A stretch of 64,000 bases of DNA from Macrostomum lignano (Eukaryota). The DNA is taken from the NCBI GenBank assembly GCA_002269645.1, contig NIVC01001857.1, forward strand, positions 62,001 to 126,000. Direction: 5' to 3'. The position numbers and the translations under genes were made by a program. Under the pieces are notes generated by a model, which saw only the letters and a program-made list of their open reading frames with translations, was not told the origin of the DNA and made no database searches. Positions 34,801 through 45,715 of the stretch are shown piece by piece. Each line of letters starts with the position of its first letter. Position 1 is the stretch's first letter.

Positions 34801-37430
34801 CTTGTGTACAGTAAAAGGCAGTTGCTAAAAAATTTCAAGCTGTGCAAGGATTATGTGGAATTGCCAGTTGTTTCAGAGGAGGACAAGCTGCCTGTGGCTG
34901 TCTTTCTTCTTCTCGGTCGGTTGCGAGTCGACCCGTCTATTATTCTTCGCGACGCACTGCCAGTCAGAATTCTGACAGAGGATGGAAAATGGTGCGGCGT
35001 TTTCGTCAACGGTGCGAGCATCCCATTCGACAGTGTTACTGACTCGATAATTGCATTTGTAATTGTCTTCATCGCGTTCAACCTCCAGCACCTCCCTGCC
35101 CTAGAGGCGTTTCTGGAGGTAATCGAAGTGCTGTCGGGCCTTCGCAAGAAAGCCGTCCGCAAGGCTGCAGTAGCTATTTTGGATGCACTTCGTTAGATGA
35201 TTTTATAACGCCTAGACATGACTATTGTAATCATTTTCATTTTTATAATAATTATATTCATTTTCATGTTAGTACGATTGAATATGACTGTGAATTAATC
35301 GTAATCACAAGCCTAATCACAATCACAATATTTATTTTCATATTCACAATCATAATCATAGAGTGTTATCTGTCATCAGAGGGTCACGGCGATGTTGGCT
35401 GCTTATTTATTGCCCTGTGTATTTAGTTTGTGCTTTTTAGTCTGTATATTCAACTTCACTCTTTGAGTGACCAAAGCAAACACTTATTCGCAATGTGTAA
35501 TGTGCAACAAATAATTACTAAATATTATTATTACCACTGTTTTTGTACTACAACAATAAATATTTTAGGATCAATCTTTATATACCATAAAAAATACTTT
35601 AAATTGGTTAACATCCTTCATAAACATGCAATTGTTGATTACGAATGCTTCACTTCTTACTTTTCTTAAATTGAGCAATGACTGACAACATTGTATGCCT
35701 CACATAATGTAATTGGGAACAATTTTACAGGTAAGGAAATTCATAAAATTCATACCTATAATAGTGGGTATTTTGTGTCTTGCAGATCAAGTGAATACAT
35801 TTTGGGGTGTAATCGTTTTTATATTTCGGACCCATAATGCGGACATCTGAAAAATATGGACTTTGCAATAGGGACCTTTCAAAATACGGACCTTTCAAAA
35901 TACGGACCTTGCAATACGGACTTTACAATACGGACCCATCAAAATACGGACCTTTCATGGTCCGTTATTTCGACGCTCCGGACCCTCCACAATGGACCTT
36001 TCCCGGACCCTTCTTCGGACCTTTAGGAATTACAGTGTAGCGCTTATCTCCTTTAAAAAATTCTCTCTATAAGTAAAGTAAAACTCTTTTGCCATCTTTA
36101 ACTTCCTTCCATCGGGTTCGCATTCACTTCTCAGTCTTCTTTATCCTCTCGCACTCAATCGATCGACCGACCGGAATTCAACTCCTCTCTGTGCGCATGC
36201 TGCAACCTAAGCCTACAAAGAGAAATCCAGCAGCGACAAAACAACTCCCAGATCTCGATTTTTCATGGCTTCTTACTCGATTGAGAAACTGTGCAAACCG
36301 GACAGATTTGCCTTCTCGTCCGACCGGCTTACGGGTCTCATGCTCCACTCGGGAAAGCTAGAACCTTTGAGAGGTTCTTATATAGAATATTGGATGAGGC
36401 ATGAGCGTATGGTCTGCAGCAGTCGCAGTAATCCTCTCCTCTGTTCATCTTCTACTCGATCGGCCAGGATTGGCGGATCTATGCATGGCTGGTCTCGAGT
36501 AGGCTTCAGGAAGGTGCAGCGCGTCGGTGAATCGGGGGTCTTCCCCCCTCTCTCTACTTTCCAATAGCGTCCCTAGTATTTCTCATTCCGCTTGAGTTAA
36601 CAAGAAATTATTTCATCAAGATCCAACAATCAGCTTCAATATAGCTGAGGTTTGTCGGCAATGCTCAGTCGATTTGATCTCACCGCTGCCAACCACCAGT
36701 GGCAGGTTAAACCTAAACTAGCAACAATGTCTATTTTATCGCTACTGGTATTCCTATGCATTTGGTTTGCCTATAGACTTTAAATTGGCTAATAACCATT
36801 GCTGATTGGTGCGGTGCAGCTCATGTGCGTTACAGCTTGTAGACTTATTCCAACCAAGGAATGTTATTCGTGCCGATTCGTGCCGCTGGGTTCTAGCTTT
36901 TTGTTGCATTAGTGCTCAGTTTACTTCTCAACTTAAACTGTCAGCACATTGTTCATTTAGAAGAAAAGTATCGAATTTTGATACCTGCTCAGTCGGTGGA
37001 CTGCATGTTTGATTTGTAAACGACAGGCAGTCCAGTCCGCCGTAAGCGTCGTACAGAATCTGCTCTTTCTCCTACACAGTACATTGCAGTTGGAGTTGCA
37101 TCCAGGGGCTTAGTTGATTTGCTTCAATCTCGCATCATCAGTTTAAACTTCGTCTGGGCTATTCAGCTAAGACCGAACTTATGGTGCGAGGTGAAACAGT
37201 GAACAGTCATCAGGGTGTGAGGCATGGCTCACCAAGCTAAGAGTGAGTGAGGTATGGCTCACCAAGCTAAGAGTGAGTGAGGTATGGTTCACCAATCCAA
37301 GGGTGTTGATGGTAAGCTAAAGTATTATAACCAAAATGAGCATAAATTAGCAACCAATTTACCATAGATTCGACGTTCACAGAGTCAAACGTGTTCACGT
37401 AGATGCCAATTTCCACTACGGTTGGGCGAC
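16864..37430 (-). CDS. pentameric Cys-loop ligand-gated chloride channel subunit (GlyR/GluCl-like); exons 37430-37363, 25084-24780, 23934-23852, 23778-23644, 19789-19637, 18648-18380, 17025-16864
   Basis: The GT-AG introns have consistent phases (0,2,1,1,1,0). Spliced product: [23 protein letters not shown]|[17 protein letters not shown]...[13 protein letters not shown]...|[27 protein letters not shown] (Cys loop)|YRFT...NCDIQYLSG|EFPC (loop C disulfide)...[21 protein letters not shown] (M1) AVPARISLG|[11 protein letters not shown] (M2, anion-type PAR) [28 protein letters not shown] (M3)...|[22 protein letters not shown] (M4), stop at 16866-16864. The signal-peptide exon was not located. Confidence 0.92.
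17045..18355. repeat. 22-bp G-rich minisatellite (GGGGGTAGCAGGTTGTAGAATC) occupying almost the whole last channel intron
   Basis: The intron spans 17026-18379 and holds about 60 copies. It explains the repetitive tail of track ORF 17006..18646. Confidence 0.95.
18865..19215. repeat. 20-bp minisatellite (GGGCCGCCTAACAAGAGACA)
   Basis: About 17 copies inside a channel intron. Confidence 0.95.
20030..21122. repeat. composite 26/31-bp minisatellite (CCCTACCGAGTGTTCAA core)
   Basis: Two interleaved unit lengths share one core. It is the source of the 387-aa artefact ORFs. Confidence 0.95.
21725..23135 (+). repeat. 16-bp minisatellite (AGCACCAAGGGGCTTT grading to AGCACCAAGGGGCGCC, then a 32-bp dimer)
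   Basis: Directly visible. The same family occurs inverted at 49412-51752. Confidence 0.95.
24233..24400 (-). mobile_element. tRNA-derived SINE, family B
   Basis: Reverse complement TCAGCTTAGTGG...GATTCGATTC...CACGAAAATTGGCTGGTGGG...CCAACCCCCAAGGCACAGAGAATGTACATGCCT aligns with 46996-47185. Confidence 0.7.
24420..24620 (+). mobile_element. SINE family A, 5'-truncated copy, back-to-back with the family B copy
   Basis: CAGTGAAGTGTACATGCCTAACGATAAATAAAGTTAGGGCC...GACTGCGTACGTATCCGCGCGCTTGTGTGCCTGCTCAGGGG matches the reverse complement of 7657-7860. Confidence 0.75.
26476..28951. mobile_element. long-TIR (about 480 bp arms) foldback-type element, possibly PIF/Harbinger-related
   Basis: 26476-26954 is a near-perfect reverse complement of 28089-28551 plus 28927-28951. 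Termini are GGGTTTCACGAGAGATATTCAGACA, and the flanks TGA/TTA resemble a TWA target. The superfamily is uncertain. Confidence 0.75.
28552..28926. mobile_element. Mutator-like MITE (375 bp) inserted in the right arm of the foldback element
   Basis: A 9-bp duplication TGTCTGAAT lies at 28543-28551 and 28927-28935. The TIR core is CTCCCTAAAACA(T/C)GCCCCGCAC, and the interior is AT-rich. Confidence 0.8.
29326..30265. mobile_element. hAT-like MITE (940 bp) with CCCGGGAT subterminal repeats, inserted in the transposase
   Basis: The TIR is TAGGGATTCCAA/TTGGAATCCCTA. An 8-bp duplication CCTATAGA lies at 29318-29325 and 30266-30273. A second internal copy of the left end lies at about 30044. Confidence 0.85.
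32850..33348 (+). mobile_element. 5'-truncated LINE 3' fragment with a (TAC)n tail
   Basis: [10 protein letters not shown]...[10 protein letters not shown]...[15 protein letters not shown]...YLLFWLKLI matches the post-RT C-terminal motif of CR1/L2-group LINEs (YGCEVWG...KF.K.IL...TSN.AV.GELG..P). It ends in a TAC microsatellite at about 33322-33347. Confidence 0.65.
33478..35196 (+). CDS. CACTA accessory protein (SAMD3-like, ORF2) with a CIDE-N/ubiquitin-like N-terminal domain
   Basis: The frame is open from the acceptor TTTCAG|CTT at 33478 (track ORF from 33538, 552 aa). The middle region [17 protein letters not shown]...[15 protein letters not shown] and the C-terminus [29 protein letters not shown] resemble the SAMD3-like proteins encoded beside animal EnSpm transposases. 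The first exon was not found. Confidence 0.75.
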   Translation, partial: LRICNGSEERKKLLPASGLTLADLRIKGCLKLDIADVENVRIVTSDGFEIDDDDLISEVAKECRTVYFLLSGELLPSCGACPVEPSTTPKQQSEIRNVEIATTPSRGTQALSPNPAVAATAATTLPWPEVYSLPRMDDLANALRDLRMHPEKGSDLKMNATFVNKFLKFIVDHICLNYLSPNEPYLSSSQITDVCTSIVTSYPGLKDTSLSGSSSFWRQKLIRRFKELRFVGDFVDKSSPTVQEMRRKHGRLGHRRIILPNAAAAAAGPSAVTVSQRHKRQYKEVEGQEDDDDNEIIASRAKRANKQRINDDEDLIEEEGDDDSDADDAGSAMAKSVDFGEFDTDVPPSHEARRTRLNETHHDSSISDVLNEMQALFPIRILRCQDLTVSDEIALYAPLVNIAVLQQEAYLMIQTYNRSKTDYVLPPSPSEMRSRIINALLLVYSKRQLLKNFKLCKDYVELPVVSEEDKLPVAVFLLLGRLRVDPSIILRDALPVRILTEDGKWCGVFVNGASIPFDSVTDSIIAFVIVFIAFNLQHLPALEAFLEVIEVLSGLRKKAVRKAAVAILDALR

Positions 37431-37956
37431 CTGTACAATTTGAACGTGTAATTAAGATTTCGTTATTTTTCTGCGTGATCTTAGTGAATGCATTAGAGAG
37501 GACGCAGGCCAGAACCGCTCAGGACTGGGGTCTATTAGATCAAGTTATAGAGTGAAAGGCAAGGCCTAATCTAGGAGAAAAAAATCAATGAGTCTTGATG
37601 AGGCCTGGAGAGAGAGTAGCAACACGTTCGATATCTTTACTGAGTAAAGCCCGGAGCCTGCGAAGGCTGCATTAAGAAACTTAAAATTTGGCAGAGTTGT
37701 CTGCAAGTGTTTGAGAGGCTATCTGTATACAGACTTTTTAACAGGATTTCAAAAAAGCGTTAATTACTTGTCCTGGATCCATGTTAATTGCTTCCATGGC
37801 TGCCTTCATTGTCTTTTAGTCCTATAGAAGATTCTTAATACCCTGGGCCGGTGTCTGCTTTCTAATTGGCACTCAGCTAACCCATTACCAGAGCAACTAA
37901 ACGGGTAGTGCTAGACTCAAAACAATAGCTTGATGAGGATGCTGCAATGAACTCAC

Positions 37957-39927
37957 CGGTGCAGAGATGAGGCGGTGCTATGAACTCGTTCAGCATATTT
38001 AAAATAGGAGTCCTCCTGCCCGACTCCCTGAAAGCAATTTACGAGCCAGTTAAATTAGTGCATAACCTTGTAATAAAGCATTCCATTTGAAGAAGATGAA
38101 AGCAGTGTCTTCATGTCTGCTTCTTCAAATTAATATCCTGTCAAACAATTTCTTGGTCGATAAAAAGGCCGATCTCTCAGAGATAATTGCAAATCGCAGT
38201 TGCTTCAATTCTATTTATAGTTAACGGTGTTTGCAAAATGAGAATTGCATCCTCTGCCTCTTTTGCAGCGCCACGCGTCCCACTTCCAGAATGTTGTATC
38301 CATGCCAAGCCCGAGCTAACATCTCTCCAAGCAACACAAAAAACAACTGGCAAAAAACCTTCCACGAGCGTTAAAGAGCATCAATTGAAGCTTGCCGAGG
38401 TTCATTGCATCGTGCACGATTTTTCCTATACTCAAGCTCATGGGCAGAGCTAGCTTTTAGGTTGGAAGATGCGGAGGCAGCTGTTGCAGCCTCAAGCATT
38501 TCCCCGCAAATCAACTCCTCTTTCCACAGACATGCGTGATGTCTGAAAAAGCCTAAAAAAAGAAAAGTTAAAAACAAGTTGCTGGCAGCTTGGGCCCGAC
38601 AATGGAAGCACCGAGGAGTCATCCGTAGCATTTGCGAAGCTTGATGACAAGCAAATATCTAAAAATATGAGAATCCACTTGGCAGCTTGGAACTGAGGAG
38701 CTTTTTTGCGGGAAAATATGCCAACTGAACTTACGCGTCGTAAAATATTTTGATGCATATAGCATTTTGAAACACGGAATTCTGCCATGCAACTGCAGTA
38801 TACTCAGTTGGTCATAGTAAAAGCACAACTTGCATAACTCGTAATTCGTTTTACAATTTGAGCTGAGAACATCTCAGGGTTTTTTATTCAAAGTGCTGAC
38901 AATCCTTCTTGTTTAATTCCAAGCTTGCATCTAAAACTGTCTTCATCACAGAGTCCTTGACAGAGATACCTGATGACTCACTCATATCTGTCTTATTACA
39001 CAGTGAGCTAAGAATCAAAAAATAGATTCTCGAAAGAAAACTTGGATGAAACCATGACATGCATTTAATGTAGAACGATATGCAGATGACCTTTGCTGAC
39101 CTTTTGCACGAGTTAGAGCAATGTCCACTTGGAAGCAGCACTTGCAGCAACAGCAGCAACACGAGAAGTTTCATTACTGATTTAGATAAGGAAACGAGGA
39201 CAAATGGTTGGTTTTGAAATCCGCTTCTTACTTCATTGTTGAGTAGTTTGTTAAAAGGATTTCTGCCCATGTGCAACGATTGGGTCTAGAGTTGAGCCAA
39301 TGGGATATGCCTCCCCGTGCGACTATGCTTGCTACTGTAGCTCTCGGGTGTACTCATTGGAACTTTAAATTAGCTAAACTCATATTCTGTATCAATGTAC
39401 CATATTTTTCTGCTCACAACGGCACGCAAACGCACCGACACTGAGACCGCGTGTACGGCTGATTGACAGAGCATTACTTCCTAAAATTGAATAAACTACA
39501 TGTAGCTACATCTTAGCAATCCCCCGTACATGTAAGCCTTCACATCTCAGCAATCCCTCGTCAGCCTTGATATCTCAGCAATCCTCCGTCAGCCTTGATA
39601 TCTCAGCAATCCCCCATTAGCCTTGATATCTCAGCAATCCCCCATTAGCCTTGATATCTCAGCAATCCCCCGTCAGCCTTCACATCTCGGAAATCCCCGC
39701 CAGCCCTGACATCTCAGTAATTCCCCAAAGCCTGGACATCTCAGAAATTCCCCCAGTAAGCCTTGACATCTCAGCAATTCCCCCAGTAAGCCTTGACATC
39801 TCAGCAATTCCCCCAGTAAGCCTTGTAGAGAGAAAACCAACGCTCAGGTCATATACGTACTTGATAGCTGTTTTATTGACTTCAGTATCGGGCAGAAGTA
39901 TTTCTTTATTCAAAGTTGACACGCAAG
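37957..39927 (-). CDS. tentative upstream exons of the channel: 39927-39861 and 38027-37957
   Basis: Both have a pyrimidine-rich AG and a strong donor (GTACGT, GTGAGT). Phases 1>2>1 chain exactly into exon 37430, giving CVSTLNKEILLPDTEVNKTAIK|ESGRRTPILNMLNEFIAPPHLCT|GRPTVV. The canonical YDxRxRP motif is absent. Confidence 0.45.
39530..39830. repeat. 28-30-bp minisatellite (AGCCTTGA[T/C]ATCTCAGCAATCCCCC)
   Basis: About 10 copies, ending about 30 bp from the putative donor at 39859-39860. Confidence 0.85.
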
Positions 39928-40573
39928 CTAAGAAAAGTTCAGATGTACAGAGCCTACATCAATCTTGGGATGCACTCTGAAGTCTACTTGCTATTTCTTA
40001 TACTTGTATTTTATTTAGCCTATTTAACGCTCTACTGACTACTAAACCACACTAAGTAGACAGTAGAGATTGTGACGCTGATAAAGTCAAATATTCACAC
40101 GAAAAAAATTTCCTAGCTCAAATTGTCACTGAGCGTGGCGTGAATCAGCTGAACGGATGGGGAGAAAATCCCAACAGAGTGTGGGGGGGCCAAACCGGGT
40201 GCTTTCACCGCACTTGACGGCGCGAATGGGCCAGAGCAGCAGGGGAGATTATGGGTGCGAAAAAATTGACAAGTGGGATGCGTGAGCATGAGAACTGCTC
40301 CAAGTACGTGCACGGATATTATCTGAGGGAATTGTGTGGCTCCCTCTTGACTTGCCGTGATATCTCACGGGTTTTTTATTTGTTCAAGACAATGCACGGC
40401 GTGTGCAGGAGGTCGGAGCAGTGACAGAGGAACTTAGGCAGTGAATAAATATGCCAACACAGCTCAGATCGTTGACTGACAACCTGGAGAAGGAAAGCAT
40501 CAGCGCATGGATGCGAATGGGGAAGAAATAGCACAGGAACAGAAATGATGGCTGTTAGTCAGTTTGTTACATG

Positions 40574-41102
<529 letters not shown>

Positions 41103-41624
41103 GATGTAACTGACTTTCCATGAAACGAAGTGCGTCCTTCTATTTCCAGTGCTCATTGCTTCCACAAGTAAAAATACGAAATGAAAATAACAATCAATGT
41201 TTCACATATTTAGAATTAAGATGGAAATTTTCATTCCGTTGAGAGAGCGGTTGCGTGACAGGCAGCCAGACAGGCTGGCAGGCGGGGCTTTCTTTTATAT
41301 TGCCGAGAAACAGCGCCAGTGTTCAGGAAATCAGCGCCGACCGTTGGACTCCGCTGGCTGAATGGCAGCTGGCACGCGGGACTCCGGCATTCCAGCCGCA
41401 GCCCTTATCTTTCTCTGTCATGACTAACTCTCGTTGACCGACTGAGTCTCCATCGGAATCGCCTTCCTGAGGACATTCACTTTTTTAAATATATTGCTCC
41501 TTCAATCGCGTCCTAAACAATTTTATTGATTTTTGATTCTTCTTTATGTTCACGTGTCTGTGTCTCAACTACACTTCAAAGCATCACGCATTCTCTCTAC
41601 GGTACTCCCCTGTCTCCCTTCTCT

Positions 41625-44600
41625 ACCCGAGATCTCTCCTCTCACCCACCATCTTTCCCCTCATCCCACCATCTCTCCCCTCATCCCACCATCTCTCCCC
41701 TCATCCCACTATCTCTCCCCTCATCCCACGATCTCTCCCCTCATCCCACCATCTCTCCCCTCATCCCACTATCTCTCCCCCTCACCCCACTATCTCTCCC
41801 CTCATCCCACCATCTCTCCCCTCATCCCACTATCTCTCCCCTCATCCCACGATCTCTCCCCTCATCCCACCATCTCTCCCCTCATCCCACTATCTCTCCC
41901 CTCATCCCACGATCTCTCCCCTCATCCCACCATCTCTCCCCTCACCCCACGATCTCTCCCCTCATCCCACCATCTCTCCCCTCATCCCACTATCTCTCCC
42001 ATCATCCCACTATCTCTCCCCTCATCCCACGATCTCTCCCCTCATCCCACCATCTCTCCCCTCACCCAACGATCTCTCCCCCTCACCCACGATCTCTCCC
42101 CCTCATCCCACGATCTCTCCCCCTCATCCCACGATCTCTCCCCTCATCCCACCATCTCTCCCCTCACCCCACGATCTCTCCCCTCATCCCACCATCTCTC
42201 CCCTCATCCCAGTATCTCTCCCCTCATCCCACCATCTCTCCCCTCATCCCACCATCTCTCCCCCTCACCCACCATCTCTCCCCTCATCCCAGTATCTCTC
42301 CCCTCATCCCACCATCTCTCCCCCTCATCCCACCATCTCTCCCCCTCACCCCACGATCTCTCCCCTCATCCCACGATCTCTCCCCCTCACCCACCATCTC
42401 TCCCCTCACCCCACGATCTCTCCCCTCACCCCACGATCTCTCCCCTCATCCCACGATCTCTCCCCTCACCCCACGATCTCTCCCCTCATCCCACGATCTC
42501 TCCCCTCATCCCACGATCTCTCCCCTCATCCCACCATCTCTCCCCCTCACCCCACGATCTCTCCCCCTCACCCCACGATCTCTCCCCCTCATCCCACGAT
42601 CTCTCCCCCTCACCCCACGATCTCTCCCCCTCATCCCACGATCTCTCCCCTCATCCCACCGTCTCTCCCCCTCACCCCACGATCTCTCCCCTCATACCAC
42701 CATCTCTCCCCTCATCCCACCATCTCTCCCCTCATCCCACTATCTCTCCCCCTCACCCCACTATCTCTCCCCTCACCCCACTATCTCTCCCCTCACCCAC
42801 CATCTCTCCCCTCATCCCAGTATCTCTCCCCTCATCCCACCATCTCTCCCCTCATCCCACCATCTCTCCCCCTCACCCCACGATCTCTCCCCTCATCCCA
42901 CGATCTCTCCCCCTCACCCCACGATCTCTCCCCCTCATCCCACGATCTCTCCCCTCACCCCACGATCTCTCCCCTCATCCCACGATCTCTCCCCCTCACC
43001 CACCATCTCTCCCCTCACCCCACGATCTCTCCCTCTCACCCCACTATCTCTCCCCTCACCCACCATCTCTCCCCTCATCCCAGTATCTCTCCCCTCATCC
43101 CACCATCTCTCCCCTCATCCCACCATCTCTCCCCCTCACCCACCATCTCTCCCCTCATCCCAGTATCTCTCCCCTCATCCCACCATCTCTCCCCTCATCC
43201 CACCATCTCTCCCCTCACCCCACGATCTCTCCCCTCATCCCACGATCTCTCCCCTCACCCACCATCTCTCCCCTCACCCTACGATCTCTCCCCTCACCCC
43301 ACGATCTCTCCCCTCATCCCACGATCTCTCCCCTCATCCCACCGTCTCTCCCCCTCACCCCACGATCTCTCCCCTCATACCACCATCTCTCCCCTCATCC
43401 CACCATCTCTCCCCTCATCCCACTATCTCTCCCCCTCACCCCACTATCTCTCCCCTCACCCCACTATCTCTCCCCTCACCCACCATCTCTCCCCTCATCC
43501 CAGTATCTCTCCCCTCATCCCACCATCTCTCCCCTCATCCCACCATCTCTCCCCCTCACCCCACGATCTCTCCCCTCATCCCACGATCTCTCCCCTCATC
43601 CCACGATCTCTCCCCCTCATCCCACGATCTCTCCCCTTCATCCCACGATCTCTCCCCTCATCCCACCATCTCTCCCCCTCACCCCACGATCTCTCCCCTC
43701 ATCCCACCATCTCTCCCCTCATCCCACCATCTCTCCCCTCATCTCACTATGTCTCCCCCTCACCCCACTATCTCTCCCCTCACCCACCATCTCTCCCCTC
43801 ATCCCAGTATCTCTCCCCTCATCCCACCATCTCTCCCCTCATCCCACTATCTCTCCCCCTCACCCACCATCTCTCCCCTCATCCCAGTATCTCTCCCCTC
43901 ATCCCACCATCTCTCCCCTCATCCCACGATCTCTCCCCTCATCCCACCATCTCTCCCCTCATCCCACGATCTCTCCCCCTCACCCCACGATCTCTCCCCC
44001 TCACCCCACGATCTCTCCCCCTCATCCCACGATCTCTCCCCTCATCCCACCGTCTCTCCCCTCACCCCACGATCTCTCCCCTCATACCACCATCTCTCCC
44101 CTCATCCCACCATCTCTCCCCTCATCCCACTATCTCTCCCCTCACCCCACTATCTCTCCCCTCACCCCACTATCTCTCCCCTCACCCCACTATCTCTCCC
44201 CTCACCCACCATCTCTCCCCTCATCCCAGTATCTCTCCCCTCATCCCACCATCTCTCCCCCTCACCCCACGATCTCTCCCCTCATCCCACGATCTCTCCC
44301 CCTCACCCCACGATCTCTCCCCCTCATCCCACGATCTCTCCCCCTCATCCCACGATCTCTCCCCTCATCCCACCATCTCTCCCCCTCACCCCACGATCTC
44401 TCCCCTCATCCCACCATCTCTCCCCTCATCCCACCATCTCTCCCCTCATCTCACTATCTCTCCCCCTCACCCCACTATCTCTCCCCTCACCCACCATCTC
44501 TCCCCTCATCCCAGTATCTCTCCCCTCATCCCACCATCTCTCCCCTCATCCCACCATCTCTCCCCCTCACCCACCATCTCTCCCCTCATCCCAGTATCTC

Positions 44601-45715
44601 TCCCCTCATCCCACCATCTCTCCCCCTCATCCCACCATCTCTCCCCTCACCCCACGATCTCTCCCCTCATCCCACGATCTCTCCCCCTCACCCACCATCT
44701 CTCCCCTCACCCCACGATCTCTCCCTCTCACCCCACTATCTCTCCCCTCACCCACCATCTCTCCCCTCATCCCAGTATCTCTCCCCTCATCCCACCATCT
44801 CTCCCCTCATCCCACCATCTCTCCCCCTCACCCACCATCTCTCCCCTCATCCCAGTATCTCTCCCCTCATCCCACCATCTCTCCCCCTCATCCCACCATC
44901 TCTCCCCCTCACCCCACGATCTCTCCCCTCATCCCACGATCTCTCCCCCTCACCCACCATCTCTCCCCTCACCCTACGATCTCTCCCCTCACCCCACGAT
45001 CTCTCCCCTCATCACGATCTCTCCCCTCATCCCACCGTCTCTCCCCCTCACCCCACGATCTCTCCCCTCATCCACCATCTCTCCCCTCATCCCACGATCT
45101 CTCCCCTCATCCACGATCTCTCCCCTCATCCCACGATCTCTCCCCTCATCCCACGATCTCTCCCCTCATCCCACGATCTCTCCCCTCATCCCACGATCTC
45201 TCCCCTCATCCCACCATCTCTCCCCTCATCCCACGATCTCTCCCCCTCACCCCACGATCTCTCCCCCTCATCCCACGATCTCTCCCCTCATCCCACGATC
45301 TCTCCCCCTCACCCACGATCTCTCCCCTCATCCACCATCTCTCCCCTCACCCACGATCTCTCCCCTCATCCACCATCTCTCCCCTCATCCCACCATCTCT
45401 CCCCTCATCCCACTATCTCTCCCCTCACCCCACTATCTCTCCCCTCACCCCACTATCTCTCCCCTCATCCCACCATCTCTCCCCTCATCCCAGTATCTCT
45501 CCCCTCATCCCACCATCTCTCCCCTCATCCCACCATCTCTCCCCTCATCCCACCATCTCTCCCCTCACCCACGATCTCTCCCCTCATCCCACGATCTCTC
45601 CCCTCATCCCACCATCTCTCCCCCTCACCCCACCATCTCTCCCCTCACCCCACCATCTCTCCCCTCACCCACCATCTCTCCCCTCACCCCACTATCTCTC
45701 CTCTCACCCTCTGCC
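41625..45715. repeat. 4.1-kb 20/21-bp C-rich minisatellite (TCTCTCCCCTCA[T/C]CCCAC[C/G/T]A)
   Basis: About 200 copies. It is the source of the three 1400-aa artefact ORFs. Confidence 0.97.

Larger units (their letters stand above)
25603..36037 (+). mobile_element. CACTA/EnSpm (CMC) DNA transposon, 10,435 bp, in a channel intron
   Basis: The left end CACTGTAAATCTTATGGGTCCG and the reverse complement of the right end CACTGTAATTCCTAAAGGTCCG match at 18/22. TA flanks both sides (25601-25602, 36038-36039). Subterminal GGACC/GGTCC repeats occur at both ends. The element encodes an EnSpm-type transposase and a SAMD3-like second ORF. Confidence 0.88.

Noticed and set aside
39091-39174. Signal-peptide-like MKLLVLLLLLQVLLPSGHC on the minus strand as the channel's first exon
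   Set aside because: The donor (GTCATC) is weak and phase 0, which does not chain into the phase-2 or phase-1 downstream exons. It also lies inside the better-supported exon chain. It remains a possible alternative start.
37690-39280. Stop-riddled coding-like minus-strand stretches (possible transposase relic)
   Set aside because: No diagnostic motif or terminal repeats could be identified by eye.
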